The notes below the pieces were generated by a model. It was not told the DNA's origin, searched no databases, and saw nothing but the letters and a program-made list of their open reading frames with translations. DNA of 64,000 bases, taken from NCBI GenBank assembly GCA_963700985.1, contig OY969554.1, forward strand, positions 1,920,001-1,984,000, read 5' to 3'. Both the position numbers and the translations under genes were made by a program. The stretch is from an uncultured Chlamydiales bacterium (lineage in GTDB: Bacteria > Chlamydiota > Chlamydiia > Chlamydiales > Rhabdochlamydiaceae). Within the stretch, counting starts at the first letter, position 1, and the number at the start of each line of letters is the position of its first letter. This document shows, one piece after another, positions 20,239 to 29,544 of this stretch.

Positions 20239-21093
20239 TTAGCTACGTAGTGCGTTATAAAACTCAGAAACTTTATAAAAACCATCTTTTAGGTTTTGGG
20301 AGAGACCGCATTCAAGGGCGCTTTTAGCAAAAGGAACTTGCCAGCTCTCGGGTGGTTCAGGCAAAACTGCTGGTAATGGATGTGTGTTACGTGCTCTGAA
20401 TACTCTTTGCAGAGTATATTTAAAGGTGCCAAGTTCTCGATTGTCGTATTTAAGAAGCAATAGCATATCAATAAGATCTTTCGAACGTGTATTGATTTGC
20501 TCTAGAGGAAGGGTGTATGCGTGCAGCTTTTCCGCAAATTGCTGCTCTATAGAAATCATCTGAATAACCGGGGAAGTGATCCCGCAAAATTCAAGCCAGT
20601 TTGTTCCTTGAATTTTTTCTGTCTGATCGATAAGAAAATCACCACCAACATCTAGATGAAATTCTATGAAAGGCTTGTTGTCTATAACAGCTAAGACACT
20701 ATGCCGAGAGCCGCCATACGGTGCATTTTTTATATCACGTTGAGGTTGGCCGATTTGATAGGAGAAGTAATCGTTTAAATTGATACGAGCAAGAGCTTGC
20801 AGCTCTTGTAGAATTAGTTCACTTGTTGGTTCTTTTGTGTTACTCATGCGTTTAAAGCAGGTTAAATCCATGTCTTTCGTAGCCCGAGCTCGTGCAATAC
20901 GTAACTCCATTGCATAACCTCCCTTGAGAAAAAATAATGAGGGCTCTTGAGAGAAGATTCTTGCTAGAAGTCTGTCGCACGCAACTTTTTGACGGAGGCG
21001 CCTAATGCTCTCGCCCGTGTGAAAGGAATGTATTTTAAGCTGAGATTCCAACTCTTTACGAAACTCGGCAGCAGTTTTTAAGCTTATGCTCAT
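20239..21093 (-). CDS. abiEii: AbiEii/AbiGii-family nucleotidyltransferase toxin (type IV TA)
   Basis: LKGGYAMELR, RATKDMDL, AEKLHAY and TRSKDLIDM motifs. Confidence 0.92.
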   Translation of the reverse strand: MSISLKTAAEFRKELESQLKIHSFHTGESIRRLRQKVACDRLLARIFSQEPSLFFLKGGYAMELRIARARATKDMDLTCFKRMSNTKEPTSELILQELQALARINLNDYFSYQIGQPQRDIKNAPYGGSRHSVLAVIDNKPFIEFHLDVGGDFLIDQTEKIQGTNWLEFCGITSPVIQMISIEQQFAEKLHAYTLPLEQINTRSKDLIDMLLLLKYDNRELGTFKYTLQRVFRARNTHPLPAVLPEPPESWQVPFAKSALECGLSQNLKDGFYKVSEFYNALRS

Positions 21094-21097
21094 ATGT

Positions 21098-22492
21098 TTA
21101 TCCTAAAATTGAAAGCGCTGAGAGAATAGAATGTGGTCCATGAAAGTAGACATTTCTTGATCCAGATGAGGGATCGTAACCTAGGAGATCTTCGGCTATT
21201 GCAATGCCAACAAGAATAGGTGCATTATTTACGATTTTCCAAAGTCCACTACCACTAAGTCCTGCAAAGGAAGAGATAACTTTTCTTCGTAAATTCCTTA
21301 TTTCATATGTATGATTACTCACTGGACACGTTATATAGTCAGCGTTACGTAGTTGTTGATAGCTTGAGGCAACAAATGCATAAGGGCCGATGTTAAGTTG
21401 AGTTGTTCTAGGATTATCAAAATAGATTGGTTCGATACCTCCCAAAGAGACAAGAGCATCTTGCAGTAATAAATTCTGAGGTTCTTCTGGGATTTTGTAA
21501 AATGCTTTATAGATTTTAAGAGTATCTATGATCTCCGCGGTAGGTATGACAATAGCTAGGTCTTTCGGGTAAAGGGTCAGACCATTATCAAGCATTTTGA
21601 TATCGAAAGTTGAGTCCCATTCAAGCACTGTAAAGTTTTTCGAGGATTGTGCTGGGTATTCTCTTCTGATGGTGTCGAAGCGTAGAAGCATGCTGACAGC
21701 CTTTGCTTTCTTAAGAGCTCTGCCAATGTGAGTAGCTGTAAGTAGGAAGTATTTCGATTTATAATGACATAGCACTGCCGTTCCAAATCCTTGATCTTCC
21801 AAGGAAAGTCCAATCGTGTATGGTTCTATCATTCGCCCAAAATCTGCCAATTGAGCATTTGCTTGAGTCCATACTTTGTCGATTGCCTTAGCAATGACTT
21901 GGCTCATTCCATCAGATTCTGTCAATTTTTGAAGGAGTTCCATTTCTTGAATAGTTGAAAGGCCTTTAATCAAAGATTTCTGGATTGCAAGATCTAGGAT
22001 TGCAAGTTCAATTTGTTCATATTGAGTTGTTCCTTCTCGAATTATATCAGCCAAGGTTCGAAGTGGTGTAGTAACGCGGAATCCTTGTCGTATTTCTATA
22101 TCTGACTGTGATATTTCATCGACAAAGTGTAAGTAGAGGTTTTTTGGAATTTCTGTGCTTTTTCTGAAGCTACGCGGAACAGTCATGTGAAATTGGGCAG
22201 GGGATACATCGCTGAGGCCGTGGATATCAAGGGCAGTTTCGTGCGACCAAATTCCTTGAGGAATACCTTTTTTATCAGCGCTCCAAAGTGTCCAAAGTGC
22301 AAGCTCTTGCTGCGAAGAAGATGGATAATTTGCGAGTCGATAAATACCGTGAATCTCTTCTTTGTTCCATTTTCCTGACTGTAATTTACGATGAAAATTT
22401 GAGCGGGAAAACCCGCAATCTTCTGCTTGACGGCTTGTAAAGTAACCTTGTTGGCTTTCGGCAATCTGAAGAAGTCTGTTTTCTTTTTCCAT
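21098..22492 (-). CDS. AbiEi-family antitoxin fused to a C-terminal trypsin-like serine protease domain
   Basis: Residues ~1-190: IAESQQGYFT, GIYRL, SHETALDIHGL, VTTPLRTLADI (AbiEi). Residues ~196-464: GTAVL, LLTATH, KDLAIV, GLSGSGLW, LVGIA (trypsin-fold triad motifs). Confidence 0.82.
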   Translation of the reverse strand: MEKENRLLQIAESQQGYFTSRQAEDCGFSRSNFHRKLQSGKWNKEEIHGIYRLANYPSSSQQELALWTLWSADKKGIPQGIWSHETALDIHGLSDVSPAQFHMTVPRSFRKSTEIPKNLYLHFVDEISQSDIEIRQGFRVTTPLRTLADIIREGTTQYEQIELAILDLAIQKSLIKGLSTIQEMELLQKLTESDGMSQVIAKAIDKVWTQANAQLADFGRMIEPYTIGLSLEDQGFGTAVLCHYKSKYFLLTATHIGRALKKAKAVSMLLRFDTIRREYPAQSSKNFTVLEWDSTFDIKMLDNGLTLYPKDLAIVIPTAEIIDTLKIYKAFYKIPEEPQNLLLQDALVSLGGIEPIYFDNPRTTQLNIGPYAFVASSYQQLRNADYITCPVSNHTYEIRNLRRKVISSFAGLSGSGLWKIVNNAPILVGIAIAEDLLGYDPSSGSRNVYFHGPHSILSALSILG

Positions 22493-22569
22493 AACACAAA
22501 TGATATCAAATATATGATTATAATGTCAATTATGCATAAAAGTTATGCATTTGATAACAATTGTGATAT
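22491..22569 (-). promoter_or_regulatory. Promoter and imperfect inverted-repeat operator of the abiEi-protease/abiEii operon
   Basis: Minus strand TTGACA(22529-22524)-N18-TATCAT(22505-22500). 21-bp arms at 22491-22511 and 22549-22569 are complementary at 18 of 21 positions. Confidence 0.5.
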
Positions 22570-22692
22570 ATATAAGTTATTTAGAATGTGTTAGTTAAAG
22601 ATCGAGATTTTAAGCTAATCTTTCTTTGGACTTCCCGGGAACGCTGTTTAAATTGATGCTCCATTATGATGTTTTTAAACCAGAGTATAACA

Positions 22693-23394
22693 ATGAACCT
22701 ACTCATTGAATCGTTTCTGCGAGTGTTTTTTCCTCCTCTCTGTGTGCATTGCCAAGATCCCACAGCCAAACTCAAAACAAAACTCTGCACCACTTGTTTA
22801 GAGCAGATGAGCCTGCTCGAGATTGAAGGGCGTTGTCCGCGCTGTTTTAATGAAAAAGAATCAGGTGCATGTACTCGCTGTCGGCAAAAAAGCTCACCAT
22901 TCAGGCGCATGATCGCGGCTTTTGAATATGCCGGACCTGCAGCTTCGCTCGTTCAACAACTCAAATTTGGAGGCAGACAAGAGCTCGCCAAAGATCTTGC
23001 CGCTTGGATGGTCATTCAATTTCTCAAACTTGAAGTGCCTCTGCCGGATCTTATTGTGCCCGTGCCACAACCGCTAGCACGCACTTTCACACGAGGATAT
23101 AGCCAGAGCTTGCTGCTGGCCAAAGAGATTGGGCTTTTGCTCGATCGGCCAGTTGGAGATCTGCTCAAGAAAAAAAGCGGAGACTTCCCTCAAACGGGTC
23201 TTTTGAGAGAACAACGTGAAAATTTAGCTGCGGGTGCGATCTCATGGAAAAGCCATTGCTCTATCTCGGATAAAGTCGTATTACTGGTAGATGATGTGAT
23301 GACCACGGGATCGACGCTGCGGCACTCAGCTCGGACGTTAGAAGAAGGGTTTCCCGCTGCGCTCTACGCGCTCACATTTTGTATGACGGAGTAA
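22693..23394 (+). CDS. comF: ComF family protein (double zinc ribbon + phosphoribosyltransferase domain)
   Basis: CxxC pairs, IVPVP, RGYSQS, LLVDDVMTTGSTL. Confidence 0.88.
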   Translation: MNLLIESFLRVFFPPLCVHCQDPTAKLKTKLCTTCLEQMSLLEIEGRCPRCFNEKESGACTRCRQKSSPFRRMIAAFEYAGPAASLVQQLKFGGRQELAKDLAAWMVIQFLKLEVPLPDLIVPVPQPLARTFTRGYSQSLLLAKEIGLLLDRPVGDLLKKKSGDFPQTGLLREQRENLAAGAISWKSHCSISDKVVLLVDDVMTTGSTLRHSARTLEEGFPAALYALTFCMTE

Positions 23395-23401
23395 TTTAAG
23401 C

Positions 23402-24391
23402 ATGCGCGCCATGGTGTTAGAGAAACTCGGCTCACCGCTGAAGCTCAAAGAGGTTGAAGTCCCAAAGCCCGGCAAAGGCGAGATTTTAATCGAAGTCGCC
23501 ACCTGCGGTGTCTGCCGCACCGATCTACATATCATCGATGGTGAACTTCCTCAGCCACACCTTCCGCTTATCTTAGGTCACCAAATTGTGGGCCGCATTT
23601 TGGAAGTGGGAGCTGGGGTTAAGAAACGCCACGTGGGCGAAAGAGTTGGAGTGCCATGGCTGGGTGGCTCTTGCCAAGAGTGTGGATTCTGCCAAGCCGG
23701 CCAGGAGAATTTATGCAACGATGCCGTTTTTACCGGTTATCAGAAAAATGGTGGCTATGCTGAGTTTTGTGTTGCCGATGCACGCTACTGTTTTCCATTG
23801 CCAGAACAATATGATGATGCCACTGCCGCGCCTCTTTTGTGCGCCGGCCTCGTGGGCTACCGCGCACTGCGTTTTACAGGTGCGGGTAAACGCATCGGGC
23901 TTTATGGGTTTGGCACGTCAGCGCACATCATTCTGCAAGTTGCACTTGCACAAGGACGCGAAGTCTATGTGTTCACAAGGCAAGCAGATGACGCCCCCAG
24001 TAAATTTGCTAAAAAGCTCGGTGCTACCTGGGTAGGTACAAGTGATACTCTGCCGCCTAAGCTATTGGATGCAGCTATTCTCTTTGCACCTGTCGGTGCG
24101 CTCGTGCCTCAAGCCTTAAAAGCCCTAAATAAAGGCGGCGTCGTAGTTTCTGCCGAAATCTACATGAGCAACATTCCTTCATTTCCATATAAACTGCTTT
24201 GGGAAGAGCGATCGATTCGCTCGGTTGCAAATCTAACCGTCCAAGATGGCGAAGAGTTTCTCAAACTTGCAGGAGAAATCCCCTTAAAAGTCACAGTCAA
24301 CAGCTATCCATTAGAAAAAGCCAACGAAGCCCTCAGCGATTTGCGCGCAGGCAAGCTCGATGGCGCTGCCGTGCTCACTATCAAGCAATAA
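23402..24391 (+). CDS. Zinc-dependent alcohol dehydrogenase family protein
   Basis: CGVCRTDLH, LGHQIVG, CxxCxxC...C structural zinc site, APLLCAG, GLYGFG. Confidence 0.93.
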   Translation: MRAMVLEKLGSPLKLKEVEVPKPGKGEILIEVATCGVCRTDLHIIDGELPQPHLPLILGHQIVGRILEVGAGVKKRHVGERVGVPWLGGSCQECGFCQAGQENLCNDAVFTGYQKNGGYAEFCVADARYCFPLPEQYDDATAAPLLCAGLVGYRALRFTGAGKRIGLYGFGTSAHIILQVALAQGREVYVFTRQADDAPSKFAKKLGATWVGTSDTLPPKLLDAAILFAPVGALVPQALKALNKGGVVVSAEIYMSNIPSFPYKLLWEERSIRSVANLTVQDGEEFLKLAGEIPLKVTVNSYPLEKANEALSDLRAGKLDGAAVLTIKQ

Positions 24392-24392
24392 G

Positions 24393-24422
24393 TTGACAAT
24401 ATCCCATTGCATGGGATATATT
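24393..24422 (+). promoter_or_regulatory. Promoter with palindromic operator for the RelE-like/HTH pair
   Basis: TTGACA(24393)-N18-TATATT. Perfect inverted repeat ATATCCCAT-TGC-ATGGGATAT (24399-24419) fills the spacer. Confidence 0.75.
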
Positions 24423-24447
24423 GCCTGTTGTAAAACAAGGCATAGAT

Positions 24448-24636
24448 GTGGAAAAGGAAACGCCAGCTTGGCAGGTCAGTGCCCTTAAAAAAGATAAGCG
24501 CATACCTGATAACTCATACCATTGTCACATCAAGAGCGGCCGGCCAACTTATGTGGTTTGCTGGCGAGTAGAGAATAAAAAAGTAAAAATAGTTGAGATT
24601 TTTTATGTCGGCACGCACGAAAACACGCCGTATTAA
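24448..24636 (+). pseudogene. RelE-like toxin, apparently internally deleted (62 aa)
   Basis: C-terminal YHCHIKSGRPTYVVCWRVE...EIFYVGTHENTPY resembles RelE-superfamily toxins paired with XRE antitoxins; the N-terminal WQV strand runs straight into ALKK without the expected helices. Confidence 0.55.
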
Positions 24637-24907
24637 GCGTCCATCCTCTGCCAGGAAAAAAGAGAAAGAGCGCCTTATTCCATGGAAAGATGCTTTCAAG
24701 GAAGAAATAGAAAAATACACCGAGGCCGGCCTTTCTTTACGTGGAAGCCGACTTAAAGAAGGACTTACTCAAAAAGAGCTGGGTGATACTTTAGGGGTAA
24801 GCCAAAATCATATCAGTGAAATGGAAAATGGCAAGCGAACGATCGGAAAAGAGATGGCAAAAAGGTTTGCAACTTTTTTCAAGACCGATTACAGAATTTT
24901 TCTATAG
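24605..24907 (+). CDS. XRE-family HTH antitoxin (HigA-like)
   Basis: LRGSRLKEGLTQKELGDTLGVSQNHISEMENGKRTIG helix-turn-helix. Confidence 0.88.
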   Translation: MSARTKTRRIKRPSSARKKEKERLIPWKDAFKEEIEKYTEAGLSLRGSRLKEGLTQKELGDTLGVSQNHISEMENGKRTIGKEMAKRFATFFKTDYRIFL

Positions 24908-25020
24908 CAAGAAGAAGACAACGAAGCCTCTAAATATCTGCGGAGTAGGCTCCGACTAACCTTCGTATTGATCTTCTGTTTTTTTTCGCCCATCTAAAAA
25001 TTTACAAAGTCCAGAAAAGT

Positions 25021-26778
25021 ATGAAATTAACAGGTTTTATCTGGGGTTTTCTACGAAAGCATCGCTTGATATCTGCTGTCATTGTGTTTCTTTCGTTTAT
25101 GTGGCCATTCGAAGTGCTCTTCTGGCCTTTTTTTCTGAGGAAGATCGTCGATACTTTAAGTCTTTATGATGCGGATCGTGCGGCAGCTTGGCCCAATCTA
25201 AAAAATCTTCTTATGGGCGGTGCGGCTGCTTGGATTTTTATGGAGGGGGGATTTCGCTTAAGGGACTATTTACAAGCGCGTCTTTTTCCAAAGCTGGAAG
25301 CAGATATCCGCATGAGCATGTTTGATCATGTGCAAAGGCATTCTCCAAAATATTTCAATGAGCATTTTTCAGGCAGTTTGGCGAATAGAATTGGAGATAT
25401 GGTCTTGTCGATCATAGTAATTTTACGCAACGTTTGGGTCTATTTTGTGCCCGCGGCTCTCACTTGCACCTTGGTGATTGTGATTTTCGCAGAGATGAAC
25501 GCTTTCCTGGCGTTGATTGTGGGAAGTTGGCTTGTAATCCATTTTCTGCTTTGTTGGATTTTTACAATAAAATGCACTGAATACTCCTTTCTTCATGGAG
25601 AAGCTAGAAGCGCGCTTGCGGGAAAAATCGTCGATAGTCTGACTAACAATTTTGTAGTGAATCTTTTCTTTCGCTTCCGTTTTGAAAAAGATCAGATCGC
25701 TCAATATCAAAGAGAAGAGCAGAAAGCGAATCACTTAGCGCAAGTCTATACAGTAAAAATGTACACTTCCTTGTGCGCCGTTCTGGCTGTGGAAATCTTC
25801 ACTCTAACAGGCTTTACCATCTTTTATTGGATGCATGGGAGTATTACCACAGGAGAAGTCATTCAGCTTCTTTATACGATATGGAATTTAAGCATGGTCG
25901 TTTTGCTTATTGCCGATAGAGCTCCTGAATTTTTTCAGGCTCTTGGAATAGCAAAGCAGGCGCTTTCGGTTATGCTAGATCCGCAAGATATCCTCGATTC
26001 TCCGCATGCTGAAAATCTTTCCATTAAACAAGGGGAGATCGTCTTTGAAAATGTTTCTTTTCGTTACGGAGAGAAAAGGATTTTTCAGGATAAAAATTTA
26101 CAGATTGCCGCTGGGGAAAAAGTGGGGCTGGTTGGGTATTCAGGCGCGGGAAAATCGACCTTTGTCAATCTAATCCTGCGTTTTTTCTCTCTTGAAAAAG
26201 GCAGAATTCTGATCGATGGCCAAGATATTGCTTCGGTTACCTTGGAATCTCTTCGCCAAAATATCGCCCTTATTCCCCAAGATCCAATTCTTTTCCATCG
26301 CACTCTTGAAGACAATATTCGCTATGGACGAGTAGAAGCTTCTCAAAATGAAGTAATCGAGGCGGCAAAGCTAGCCCATTGCGATGAATTCATTAAAAAG
26401 TGCCCCGGAGGATATAAGGCACTTGTCGGAGAGCGAGGCACAAAACTGTCCGGCGGCGAAAAGCAAAGAATTGCCATCGCGCGCGCCATGCTTTTAAAGG
26501 CCCCGATTCTCATCCTAGATGAAGCCACGTCCGCTCTTGATTCGGTTACAGAACAATACATTCAAGACAGTTTAGAAAAGCTCATGGCGAATCGGACGAC
26601 GATCGTGGTGGCACATCGCCTCTCCACTCTGGCTAAAATGGATCGCATTTTAGTCTTTGATCAAGGAAAAATCATCGAAGAGGGTTCCCACCTGGAGCTT
26701 CTGAATAAAAATGGGCACTATGCCCACATGTGGCGCATGCAGGCAGGGGGCTTTCTGCCCGATAGACCTCTTTCCTAA
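25021..26778 (+). CDS. ABC exporter, fused permease/ATP-binding protein
   Basis: N-terminal TM domain, GYSGAGKS, LSGGEKQR, ILILDEATSALD. Confidence 0.93.
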   Translation: MKLTGFIWGFLRKHRLISAVIVFLSFMWPFEVLFWPFFLRKIVDTLSLYDADRAAAWPNLKNLLMGGAAAWIFMEGGFRLRDYLQARLFPKLEADIRMSMFDHVQRHSPKYFNEHFSGSLANRIGDMVLSIIVILRNVWVYFVPAALTCTLVIVIFAEMNAFLALIVGSWLVIHFLLCWIFTIKCTEYSFLHGEARSALAGKIVDSLTNNFVVNLFFRFRFEKDQIAQYQREEQKANHLAQVYTVKMYTSLCAVLAVEIFTLTGFTIFYWMHGSITTGEVIQLLYTIWNLSMVVLLIADRAPEFFQALGIAKQALSVMLDPQDILDSPHAENLSIKQGEIVFENVSFRYGEKRIFQDKNLQIAAGEKVGLVGYSGAGKSTFVNLILRFFSLEKGRILIDGQDIASVTLESLRQNIALIPQDPILFHRTLEDNIRYGRVEASQNEVIEAAKLAHCDEFIKKCPGGYKALVGERGTKLSGGEKQRIAIARAMLLKAPILILDEATSALDSVTEQYIQDSLEKLMANRTTIVVAHRLSTLAKMDRILVFDQGKIIEEGSHLELLNKNGHYAHMWRMQAGGFLPDRPLS

Positions 26779-26828
26779 TCTCTAGCAAGGGACTCTTTCG
26801 CATTTACAAATGAAAATTTTTTTACTTG

Positions 26829-27074
26829 GAGGGTGTCTACAAAGTAAACCTTCGATCTTTGGAAGCTTTGAAGAACTCCTCCTTCGGGTAGGAGATTCTT
26901 GCTGGCGTTGTTTTTTTACTAAAAAAGATAGCTTGCCTTTGGCAAGCGGCCTATCGCGATCTTTTTCCTCCCCCTCCTCAGCCATGTCATCTCGACATTG
27001 TCTTCGTCAGGAGAGAAAAAACCTCATCGAAAAGCTTCTCAAATCTCTAAAAGGTCTACTTTGTAGACACCCTC
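26829..27074. mobile_element. 246-bp non-autonomous MITE-like element with 24-bp terminal inverted repeats
   Basis: GAGGGTGTCTACAAAGTAAACCTT (26829-26852) and AAGGTCTACTTTGTAGACACCCTC (27051-27074) are complementary at 23 of 24 positions. Flanks TTG/TTA; no transposase inside. Confidence 0.75.
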
Positions 27075-28246
27075 TTAAAAACGTCGAAATCGAGGCCGCT
27101 TGCTGTGATTTGTTCGGTTAGGGGAAATCCTTGGTTACCTGGGAAAATAACATAGAGATGATCCAGCTTTAAATCTTTGCAGGCAATGAGCATGGAAGGG
27201 GTAACTTTAGGTCTATCGGTGTATTTAAACTCAAATCCCAGACGCTTTCCGTCTTTGACAATCAGCAAATCCAATTCTGCGCCCGATTGGGTTCCCCAGA
27301 AATAGCACTCTTCTGGTGCGGCATGGAGTTGGCGGATGATCTCTTCTAAAGCAAATCCCTCCCAAAAGGATCCAAGTTTGGGATAAACATCTAGTTCTGA
27401 TTCATTTCGCAGACCTAATAAAGCGTGCAAGATGCCACTATCTCTGAAGTAAATTTTCGGCGACTTGATTTGCCGTTTTTCGAGATTTTCAAACCAGGGA
27501 TTGAGAACTCGAATCATGAAAGTTCCAGCAAGAATATCTAAATACTTGCGAACGGTATGACCCGAAATGCCCAAAGATTTTCCGAGCTCTGCTGCTGTGA
27601 AAATTTGACCATGATAATGGACCAGCATAAGCCAGAAACGTCGCATCTGTGGAGGAGGAATCTGAAAACCAAGGCTGGGAATATCTCTTTCGAGAAATGT
27701 AGTAATGTAGGATTGCCGCCACAAAAAGCTATCTTCATTATTGGTTGCTAAAAATGAGCGAGGAAAGCCTCCTCTGAGCCAGAGTAGAGGGGTGTTTTGG
27801 ACCTCATCTAATGAAAATGGCATTAGTTCGAGATAGCCGATGCGGCCGGCTAAGGTTTCTGAGGACTGGCGAATTAGGTCCCTTGAAGCGCTGCCTAAGA
27901 TGAGGAATTTCCGCTTTGATTTCACTTCATCGACAAGTACGCGGATCACAGGGAATAGCTCCGGCCTGCGCTGGATCTCGTCGATAATGATCAGTTGGTT
28001 TGAGAGTTTGGATAGAGCAAGCATTGGGTTTTCGAGTCTAGAGAGGTCGAGGGGATTTTCTAGATCGAAGAAGTGGACCTTTTCTTTAGGATGTCTCTCT
28101 ATGAACATCTTTGCCAAAGTCGTTTTGCCTACTTGACGTGGTCCAAGAATGGCGCAAATGGGGTGGATGTTGAATTGCTGCTCTATATCACTCAGATACT
28201 TAGGTCTTTGCATAAACACCTTGTATTTTTGAACTTTAAGTTCCAT
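27056..28246 (-). CDS. AAA_14 ATPase with DUF4143 and C-terminal PD-(D/E)xK-like domain
   Basis: GPRQVGKTT, IIIDEIQ, LGSAS, SETLAGR, RGGFP, KSPKIYFRDSG, ELDLLI..GFEFK. Confidence 0.88.
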   Translation of the reverse strand: MELKVQKYKVFMQRPKYLSDIEQQFNIHPICAILGPRQVGKTTLAKMFIERHPKEKVHFFDLENPLDLSRLENPMLALSKLSNQLIIIDEIQRRPELFPVIRVLVDEVKSKRKFLILGSASRDLIRQSSETLAGRIGYLELMPFSLDEVQNTPLLWLRGGFPRSFLATNNEDSFLWRQSYITTFLERDIPSLGFQIPPPQMRRFWLMLVHYHGQIFTAAELGKSLGISGHTVRKYLDILAGTFMIRVLNPWFENLEKRQIKSPKIYFRDSGILHALLGLRNESELDVYPKLGSFWEGFALEEIIRQLHAAPEECYFWGTQSGAELDLLIVKDGKRLGFEFKYTDRPKVTPSMLIACKDLKLDHLYVIFPGNQGFPLTEQITASGLDFDVFKRVSTK

Positions 28247-28375
28247 TTTACAAGGTGCTAATTAAAACGTCAACTTTGCCCTTTTTAACCTTCTTTCCAG
28301 AAATTGCAGAAAAATATGAGTTTATATTCTTTCGTAAATAGCTTACTTTCAGATAATTATATTATAAATTTATTT

Positions 28376-28404
28376 TTGACAAAATCTGCTATTGTTGTTA
28401 AAAT
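28376..28404 (+). promoter_or_regulatory. Sigma66/sigma70-type promoter
   Basis: TTGACA-N17-TAAAAT, 33 nt upstream of the ATG at 28438. Confidence 0.7.
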
Positions 28405-28437
28405 AAATAGAAATTTTTAATTAATTTTTTATGTTTT

Positions 28438-29544
28438 ATGGTTGTTAGATTTAATTCTTATTATAAGTCCTCTGATCTTTCTATAATCACCGACCTTGAA
28501 AGTCAGATGCCATCTCTGCTTTTAAGGGATGCAAGCTTACAAGAGAGAGTCACGCGCCTTGTTCAAGATCAACCCATACGTCAATATCTTGAGCATCCAT
28601 TCAGGTCTCACGATCAAACTGAGCTGCACCAAGCGAGTTGGAGAGCTCTTAGTCCTTGCGTATTATATCATAACAGCCTTGGTGACTGGGTCATTAAAAC
28701 CAATTATGGCGATGGAGAGAATGGGAAATTCGTTGGAGAGCTAATCTGGCGAGGTGACGACATGGTCGCTGAATTTCCAGCTGGACGTTTTGATAATCTC
28801 CAAAGGCCTCTTGCAAGTCAAATTTTGCGAAGAGGAGCACAAGCTGTAGGCCTAGATCTCGCTGTTCCCGAAGAATATCTAGTTCCCATTCCAAACCCAC
28901 AAGGCCGTGATTTACGACAGCGTTTTTTTGTACTTAGCCAGAGATTTAACCTGCCTTTAGACTGCTTAAGCGGTTGGGAAAGATACTACGATCGTCCAGA
29001 TGAGCTAAGAAATTTAGTACGCAAGATATGCAATTACATTATCGTCACAGGCAAAGGCGATGCTGATGTTACAAATCTGCGTTTTACGCAAGAGGGACAG
29101 CTAGTTGATGTGGATAGCGAGACTGTGGGTCTTTTGAAGGATGTTCAAGAGTTATCCGCCAAAGAAAAAGCTGATCTAGCGCCTATTCCCACGATAATAC
29201 GTATTCAAGGCTATGCAGAGGCTGGACTGGAACGATTTAAGACTTCTTTTAACGACAAAATTCGCCAGAGTGACAGCAATAGATCACGACTAAGTTTTAT
29301 TTCCGGGATCATCCACGACGAAGTAGAACAGGCAAAACGCGCTAATGATGATTGGTTCCGAGATCTTCCAGCAAGAGGGCTGCCTGAAGAAACATTCAAG
29401 GCAGTGCACGTCGAAGCTAATGCACAATACAACTGGGGTCTGATCATCGCGAGTGTTTTAATGCCGCTTATTCCTCTGATCTTGCTGATCGAATCAGCAA
29501 TTCATGAATGGCGCACTACTCCCCAAGCTATTCCCTCAACTTAA
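28438..29544 (+). CDS. Hypothetical protein, possible protein-kinase-like fold with C-terminal TM anchor
   Basis: WVIK, GDADVTNL and VDVDSE occur in kinase-like order; hydrophobic WGLIIASVLMPLIPLILLI near the C-terminus. Confidence 0.55.
   Translation: MVVRFNSYYKSSDLSIITDLESQMPSLLLRDASLQERVTRLVQDQPIRQYLEHPFRSHDQTELHQASWRALSPCVLYHNSLGDWVIKTNYGDGENGKFVGELIWRGDDMVAEFPAGRFDNLQRPLASQILRRGAQAVGLDLAVPEEYLVPIPNPQGRDLRQRFFVLSQRFNLPLDCLSGWERYYDRPDELRNLVRKICNYIIVTGKGDADVTNLRFTQEGQLVDVDSETVGLLKDVQELSAKEKADLAPIPTIIRIQGYAEAGLERFKTSFNDKIRQSDSNRSRLSFISGIIHDEVEQAKRANDDWFRDLPARGLPEETFKAVHVEANAQYNWGLIIASVLMPLIPLILLIESAIHEWRTTPQAIPST

Noticed and set aside
22183-22509. 108-aa alternative-frame ORF overlapping the abiEi 5' end
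   Set aside because: No recognisable motifs; the AbiEi frame explains the region.
26782-27121. ORFs 26782-26985 (-) and 26810-27121 (+) sharing the peptide GLLCRHP
   Set aside because: The shared peptide comes from reading the MITE inverted repeats; there are no transposase motifs.
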